In this document: positions 57,001 to 64,000 of the stretch, piece by piece
How the letters are laid out: each line of letters starts with the position of its first letter
Position numbering within the stretch: the first letter of the stretch is position 1
Source: Azolla caroliniana
Taxonomy: Eukaryota > Plantae > Polypodiophyta
Reading direction: 5' to 3'
Assembly: GCA_043228905.1 (NCBI GenBank)
Contig: JBHGNT010000004.1
Span: 6,820,001 to 6,884,000 of the forward strand
DNA: 64,000 nt
Translations under genes and position numbers: made by a program
Notes under the pieces: model-generated
The model's input: the letters and a program-made list of their open reading frames with translations, nothing else
Databases searched by the model: none
What the model was told of the DNA's origin: nothing

Positions 57001-58746
57001 CTGGTTCTTACCGGACCCTTCTTACCAGTCCTTCTTCCGGTTCTCACCGGGTACTCCATGTCCTATCTAGAGAGACCAAAAATGTAATTTTTCACGTAGT
57101 GTGCGAATTACACTACGACAGCGTGATCTTCGCATTCCAAGTTCGGGGGGCTTGCTTCAGACCATAAAGCAACTTCTTGAGTTGGCATACTACCGACTTG
57201 TTCATCTCCAATTGGAATCCGGGGGGTTGGATCATATAGACCCGTTCTTCAAGGTCACCTTGAAGAAACACATTCTTCACGTCCATTTGGTGAAGATGTC
57301 ATCCCCTTGCCACAACAACAGCCAGTACCACACGAACTGTCGTCATCTTCGTTATCGGAGCGAAGGTCTTGTCGTAGTCAATTCTATGGGTCTATAGGTG
57401 GCCTTTCTTGCAACAGTACTAGCACTCACTCTCTCTGTGGCCTTTCTTGCCACAGTACCAGCATTCTGTGTCAGTTTTCGACTGTTTCCGACTCCGACTT
57501 GACTCCCCCTGCTTGTGGAGGGTTTGGAACTACTGTCGGCACTATCTCTGTACCTTTGGTTCTGTTCTTGATGGCCGCCTCAATTGCGTGATGACCCACC
57601 TCATCCTCCACGCCCACGGGGTCAATCCGCCTTTGTGTACATCATCCAGCTGTCCGATTGAGTGGTCCTCGACCCACTCGCGTGGTTTTCTTCGACCATC
57701 AACATGGATTGTAAGTCGAAGAAGGACGATGGCTTCTCTCGGGTGCAAATTACCATCCGGATTGGCCCATACCATTGTGTTAGAGCACCAAGACAGATCT
57801 GAACCATCTCGTCTTCTTCCACCGTTACGTTGATGGATCCGAGTGCATCACAGATCTCCTTAATCTTGGTGATGTAGTCTGTAACCGACATATCTCTCTA
57901 CTGGATGTTGTTCAGCTCTTGCCGGAGCTGCAACTTACGGGTTGTGGTACTTTCGGCGAAAATCTTCCATAGATTTTCCCTTGCCTCCTTTGGCGTTTTT
58001 GCATCCTTGATGTAGCCAAGCATCTGATTGTGCACACCGGACGTGAGGCAGTACAATACTCAACTCGCTCCTTGCTCCCATGCCGGGAAGTCTTTGTGTG
58101 CCGGCTCCGATGCTACCTCGTTGGTTCCTTCCACATAGCTCCAATATCCATGCCCCAACAGGTACTACTACATTTTATATGATCAGGATGCATAGTTGCT
58201 CCAGTCGAGCTTTTCTGTGGGAAGCGAACTTGCCATACCTCTATCCATTTCGATTCGCTACTGTTCTTCACCGAGTGTTAGGGTTTGTCTTCGAAAGCGT
58301 CTATCGACTATAGAGGAGTCTCAACCCTTGTGTTGTGATACCATTTTAAAGTTAGCGTGCAGAAGCTTGACAAAATCAGATTAGCTGGGCAGCAACAAAG
58401 AATAGAAAAACACAGGTTCAATGGAAGCTTGAGAATATTTAGCATACACGGGAGAGACAGAGAGAGAGAGCAGAACATAAAACTCTATTCTAAAATAATA
58501 ATCCTATGTGTACATACAATGTGCTCAAAGAGCACGTTTATACAAGTCCATAAAGGATTGACAGAAGTATTGACAGGTACTTCAATGCTCATACGAGCGA
58601 CTATCATTGACTCCCAAAAATATGCCTACGTACTAGGTTGGATCCATAGGCCTCTAACGGCCTACCAGTTTCAATCCGATCCGGCTCCTAGTTCCGTATA
58701 TCATCTGGACACCGATCCGGATCTAGTTGAGCTTGCTCGCTCAACA
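54095..58746 (-). mobile_element. Copia J, internally deleted (PR and IN lost), inserted in I's LTR
   Basis: LTRs 54095-54521 and 58344-58746. TSD GCTAT/GTTAT. PBS tggtatca. PPT ttgagggggag. Gag joins RT at ~57390. Confidence 0.88.
56179..57120. mobile_element. Solo-LTR-like insertion in J's RT with probable 4-bp TSD
   Basis: TGTCGT...ACGACA termini; flanks GAGT/GCGT. Removing the insert and one 4-mer restores 'WNAKITHQLCKMGF'. Confidence 0.7.
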
Positions 58747-58852
58747 GTTATGTGTGAGAGTAGTGGTGTGACTTTTGACCTTTGCGTGTTCATACACTCT
58801 CAACAGTGTGTTCACACACTAGACTAGGTTGAGCTTGATCCTCAACAACTAC

Positions 58853-59500
58853 ATGTAGCACTACCAATAGGTCAATCACTGAAAGGAGATGTGGCAACCA
58901 TTCTTAGACAATGTTGTTATTGCGGTGACATGCAGGAAACTATCAAGCATGCTTTTTGGTCCTACTCACTAGCCCATCAAGTATGGAATAAAGTTCTTTA
59001 TTTATTCCAATTAGTTAATGCAGGTTGCCTCTTCTCTTAGGGATCAATGGTATCGGGGGTTCTCCATTCCAGTCTCTTGTTGTATGAGGCAGATGATTCT
59101 CTAGAGGCTATGACAATCATCAACAAGCATCTAATTTATGTCTCCCCCTTCCAACAACCTCCCAAGCAAGTGCTTGCAACCTATGTATGGAAAACAATAT
59201 CAACGGTTACATTATGGATCTTATGGAAGTATCGTTGTAAAAGATGATATGATTCCATAACTGCTCTTCTCTCAGATATATTGCCGGAACTATGGGAGAG
59301 CTTATTGGCGGTAGTGTGTGGGCAATATGACACTATGCAGGGTTGTTCAGAGGTTGTTCTTAAGAAAAGGGAAAAATTACCGTTGTTATGGAGGAAGTTG
59401 CCTCTGGTCACGGTCTCCTCTCAAGGAACGATCTGGAAATTCCATCACCCTTGGTACTTGCCCTGGCATTTTCTGATTGTACAGTGTGTACCCTTCTGAC
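58853..59500 (+). mobile_element. L1-type LINE 3' fragment (zf-RVT)
   Basis: 'ALPIG..QCCYCGDMQETIKHAFWS..AHQVW' and 'LWILWKYRC'. Confidence 0.75.
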
Positions 59501-59616
59501 GCTTTTCTTAATACTAACGAAGGAAATCTTTGGGGGCAAAAAGAAGAAGAAGAAGAAAGAAGTTCAATGAAGAAGAAGCCATGGGACTGAAGTAAGGCTA
59601 AAATAACCATGCTATG

Positions 59617-59647
<31 letters not shown>

Positions 59648-59775
59648 TTTGGTGTCACATGGCATCCACAATCAATCTTGGATATGATACACTAATATAA
59701 TCATTCCTCTGTTCTTTCTTTCTGTCTTGCTGGAGCAGAGCAGAGCAGAGCAGAAGGTGCGACCGAGAAGAAGCT

Positions 59776-60254
59776 ATGGCGGTGACCTCAGCTCTTATGC
59801 AGCAACAGCAGCTGCAGCTGCTACGCCTATCCTCTTCATTCTCCTCCTTTTCTTCTCCCTCTTCTCCTTCTCCTTCTCCTTCTTCATTCTCTTGCTCTCC
59901 ACCTTCACATCTACCTTCACCTTCAGTCCAGGTCACTATATCGTCTGCACTTCGGCCTTTTAATTCTAGTGTAACAACAAACTCTCGATTTCGGAGTTCG
60001 TTCTCTTCATCATCATCATCTTCTTCTTCTTCTTCTGGTTGGAGGGCAGGGGTCTCTGCCCCTGATCGTGGAGGGTCTTCTAGTGCTGACGCAGACGTCA
60101 TGGGCCTTCTTCTTCGCCAACGCATCGTTTTTCTCGGGTTCAACCTTGATGAGTATGCAGCAGATGCCACTATCAGCCAGCTTCTCCTTCTCGATGCTCT
60201 TGACCCCATGCAAGACATCCGGCTCTTCATCAATAGCCCTGGAGGATCCACCAG
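59776..60254 (+). CDS. CLPP4: Plastid Clp protease proteolytic subunit, ClpP4-like, exon 1
   Basis: Ser-rich transit peptide, then 'DVMGLLLRQRIVFLG..ISQLLLLDA.DP..DIRLFINSPGGS'. Donor AG|GTACGA at 60255. No later exon recognised in the window. P4 over P3 rests on remembered motifs. Confidence 0.85.
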
Positions 60255-61879
60255 GTACGAAAGATTTGAAATACCTTTCTATAGTATTTCCTTCCCTAAG
60301 TTTATCTAGATTGTTTTCCCACACATAAATATATGGCTAATTACTAGACTGTTTTTATCATTTTGAAGTAGTTTTTTATTGTCACTCTAAATGCCCCTGT
60401 TATTATCTCCCTGGAATGGAACCATGAAAGATAAGATAGACCTGTTTGCTATTTGTATAATTCCTAGTCGAGTATTCAGTCCACGCAAATCATTCTGAGG
60501 AGATATGCCTGACTGATTTACTCTTTGTTTTTTGCTCCTTGGAATGTCCTTAATAAATCATGCTTGAATGGATTTAAAGTACCTGAAACCATTCTGACAA
60601 GAAGAGGGATCACTTTCCTTGTTTCCATTTGCTTGAAAGATCTCTCCGACAAATGTTTTGCATCTAGCTAAGTTAGCTCTAGTTTTGAAGAATAGACATG
60701 ATGTTTTATATGATTTATCTAACTCTGAGCTCTCCCTGGTTTTGCTGGCTTGCCCGAGGATGAAATTTTAGAGAGCAAGTCATCTTTCGGCATTTTCTTA
60801 TGAATAATGTTCAAGTGGATTCAAAGCACTCAAATGGTTATAAATGGACGTATTGCTATATCGATATCATATAGTATACTTTATATGTACCTTTACAATG
60901 TAACGTACAGATACATATACATATACTTTATGATATGTATATATATTATTCATATTATTTTCAAGATGAGCGCGAGTTTAGACCGGAAGAATTGTGTCAT
61001 TATGCGGCATATTCACGTATGTTGAAATCTGTCCTACCCCTGGATTAAGTAACATGCCCTTAGATGACACTCGAGGGAGATGAGGCAAATATTTATCCTT
61101 GGTCATTGCTTGTTAGATCTCAATCCAAGGCTCTCATAGCATGGAGACACTTTGTATATAAAACAAGGAACTTAAAAAAAGGTGTGAGAAGGTTGGGAAA
61201 TTGTCAGAAACTCTATACAATAATTTCTAGGAATAGTAACATCATCCATATCAAAATAAGGCGTGAGAAGATTGGGAACTTGTCAGAAACTTTATACCAT
61301 AGAGATATGCTGGGTATAAAGGTTCAAGAACTCTTTATTTGAATATTTCTAAAGGCCCTTTCACATAAAAGCTCTCTTAAAAGCTTCTCGTACATATTTA
61401 GGTAACTTGGCCAATTGGAACCGGCTCAAGTGTCATGGTATCACATTCTAATAAAACAATATATTTTTGCCCCTCAAGAGAGATAATTTACGGGGTTTCC
61501 AAAAACCTGTGTATATTCTCCCTCTCCCTCTTTGTTTTTATCTTAGCCATTTTCTATCCCGTCACTCATCCACGTCCACCATTATTCATAGGTGGTACCA
61601 TTATATGTCTTTGATGATAGGCAGACGTCCATACCTTCAAATGACTCTTCCTAACCGTATGGAGACATTGGTAGTCTCATTATCGAATAACCCCAACTTT
61701 TATGAGCATAACCACATGGTATAATGAACCGTATTTCTCTAACCTTAGGGGTTAGTAGGCGTTGGCTAGTTTGTAAGGAATGAAGGGTAAGGATTGAGTT
61801 ATTCTCAATCCTACAGTGGGAGATGACTTCCAAGTATTTCATCTGTTGTTGACCACGTCTAATGAAGTAGTCCAATGTG

Positions 61880-62600
61880 AATAGACAAGGACCTACGGTT
61901 TGAGCCTATAAAAGAAGGCAAGCCTATTGGACATACTACAATTGTAGTACAAAACGCCACAAGATGCCTGATTGCAGGTACTTTAAAAAAGAACTTGAAC
62001 AGAGGAAGAATGTCATTGACAAGAAGAAGGATGGAAATTAGATGAATTTTTGTGATACAAATATCTCTTAGGGAGAAGAGAAGGCCAATTTAGTCTGTAA
62101 TGTGGTAATTGAAGAGCAATTTGATGCAAAATTATCTTTATGCCACATTGACTTTAGACAATGCTTCTCTATACTCCACATGCAAGATATGCTAATAACT
62201 AAATGTGACATTGTTGATGCATTGGATCATGCTTGCATTTTAGCCTGAAGTGTCTAATTCCATGTCTTTATTTGGGCAATAATCAAGCTTGCTGGAATAT
62301 GCATTTTGAGCATTTGGTTCTCAATGATGGCATTGAACTTGTATTATATGATGTCAAACATGTTCTGGCATGAGAAAGCGTCTATTATTTGTTTTTGAGA
62401 TGGATTTGCATGGATATAGCACCAATATTGAGATTGACTCATAGGAACCGACAAAAGTACCATACTGCTGTCAAGGGCACAAGAAATGCACTCTGTATTG
62501 CTTGTACGAAAGGCCTGATTAGGGAAAATTTATTGCTCTCAGAGAGGTGGTTTCTCACTTGAATCTTTGGCATAACTGGTTAGCTTGTATGAGCCTAAAT
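61880..62600 (+). pseudogene. Highly decayed Copia gag/protease relic in the ClpP intron
   Basis: Knuckle-like 'YNCSTKRHKMPDC' and 'LYDVKHVL'-like protease piece. Confidence 0.45.
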
Positions 62601-63129
62601 GGATAGGATGTCCTTCATTCTTTAAAATATTTAATGTTAAAGATACTAACTTGATTTTAATGATTGTAAATATGGGAACAAGTGAGAAATTCCTATTACT
62701 CTCGTGTTTTGCAAAGTCTTTTGGATCCTGAACATCTTGATATTTGTAGCATGCTTACTAAATCCATGGGGCTTGCTTTGTATTTTATTTCTTTGTTAAG
62801 GATTGTTCAAGGAGAATTTGGGTTGTTTACCTGAAAAGCAATGATGATGACTTTTTTTATGCTTTTGTGACCACCCAAACTGAAAGGACGCCAAGAGGCT
62901 TGTTTTTCTACGACCTCTGTATGATGGTGGACTTGGAACAGGAGTGACACAAGAGAAAATGATGTGAGGGAGAAGATACACATAGGTGTTTTTTTACTCC
63001 CCTAATAATTATGTTTTAGGAGGGAAAGTATGTCATTTTATTGAAATGCGATTTTAAGGCAGGTGAGTCAATCACACTGGCCATGTGACCCTAAGATGCC
63101 CCTGTAGCTCTTAGGAAAGCTATAATGTG

Positions 63130-63430
63130 AAAAGGCCTATATAAAATTACAAATGGAGAGTTCTTGGACCTTTATACCCAACAATAAGGGGCAAGGAAGT
63201 TCCTTCAACTGTGGTGCTCCCATTAGCTGAAGACAATGTTGATGCTGTGTTTGAGGGACACTTAGTGAAAACATATACAGGATTGTGTGTGCTGCTGTTT
63301 TTATGAAATGAAACGTGCCCATCCTCTGTCACTTCCTTGATGAAGTGACACTGGTCATCAACTCGCTTCTTGCATGCATGAAACATGGTGTTTGTAGCCA
63401 AGCATATGGCATTCTGTCTATCACCATGTG
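63130..63430 (-). pseudogene. Decayed Copia RNase H end and LTR relic in the ClpP intron
   Basis: 'NTMFHACKKRVDDQCHFIKE..NPVYVFTK'. The adjacent gggtataaagg(t/c)caagaactct is also present inverted at ~61311-61334. Confidence 0.55.
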
Positions 63431-64000
63431 GGATTAGTATCCTATAACGGCAAGCTCATTGCAGAGGTGTACCAACCATATTACAGCTTTGATAGAAGCC
63501 TCAGTTGGTAGATAATGCATCAATTCTCTGCAACCTGGAACACCATGACATTGCATCATTTGCAAGTGTAAAAACATATCTGCTTGTGAGTTTGCACATA
63601 TCCACGTCATCTGCCATATCAGAGTCACAGAATTCTTGTAATCCCTATGGACTCTATTCACCTTTCATCCCCTTCAAATATCTTATAATTGACTTGATAG
63701 CTTCTTAATGTGCCTTGCCAAGATTAACCATGAACCTGCTAACAACTGCCATTGCATGTGCAATGTGTGGTCTTGTTGCAATCATGGCATATAACAAAGA
63801 AGCAAAAGCTGAAGCATATGATATAACCTTCATTGAATTGTCTGCTGCATCATCTTTGGACCGTCTTTTTCGCTCAAATTGATATGTGGCTGCAAAGTTA
63901 AACTTAACACTTTTGCATCATTCAGGTGAACCTTTCAAGTACTTTTTTTAATGTGTTTTTCTTTGGATACATAAAGCAGCTGCTGCTGTCTACCCTCTTT

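Larger units (their letters stand above)
53408..58847 (-). mobile_element. Copia I (family of A): gag start, PBS (53794-53805) and 5' LTR split by J (53806-54094 and 58752-58847)
   Basis: The LTR halves match A's LTR. PBS tggtaccagagc. Gag 'NKFASWEYKM..WEQGASGVMYFLATCV' is cut by E. Confidence 0.85.

Noticed and set aside
60255-64000. Further ClpP exons
   Set aside because: I found no segment encoding the expected continuation (SAxMAIYD-like). The region looks intronic with decayed TE relics.

Overview
Land-plant nuclear DNA, probably a non-seed plant such as a fern (inference from the TE repertoire). About 85% of the window is nested retroelements around two host genes: an intact 6-phosphogluconate dehydrogenase ending in the PTS1-like tripeptide SKI (10693-12153) and exon 1 of a plastid ClpP4-like gene (59776-60254). 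I resolved most element boundaries by hand from LTR ends and target-site duplications (TSDs). An old Copia (F) holds a 28.5-kb Athila/Tat-like Gypsy (G1, 16511-45046, TSD CTGAT). G1 holds two Tork-like Copias (C 18174-30892 and D 31358-37098), and C holds a young intact Gypsy (G2, 22537-29851). A second stack (H in E in I; solo LTR in J in I's LTR) fills 45.3-58.8 kb. Three observations stand out. (1) G1 has no polypurine tract. Both inner LTR borders carry a tRNA-Arg-type primer-binding motif in opposite orientations, suggesting tRNA priming of both strands or self-priming. (2) G2 looks fungal/Ylt1-like: tRNA-Trp PBS, 4-bp TSD, and a -1 frameshift (G GAU UUU UAG plus a predicted pseudoknot) joining gag-pro to pol. 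(3) A 411-bp fully palindromic insert has TG...CA ends and a perfect 5-bp TSD. tRNA and family assignments come from remembered consensus sequences and need database confirmation.
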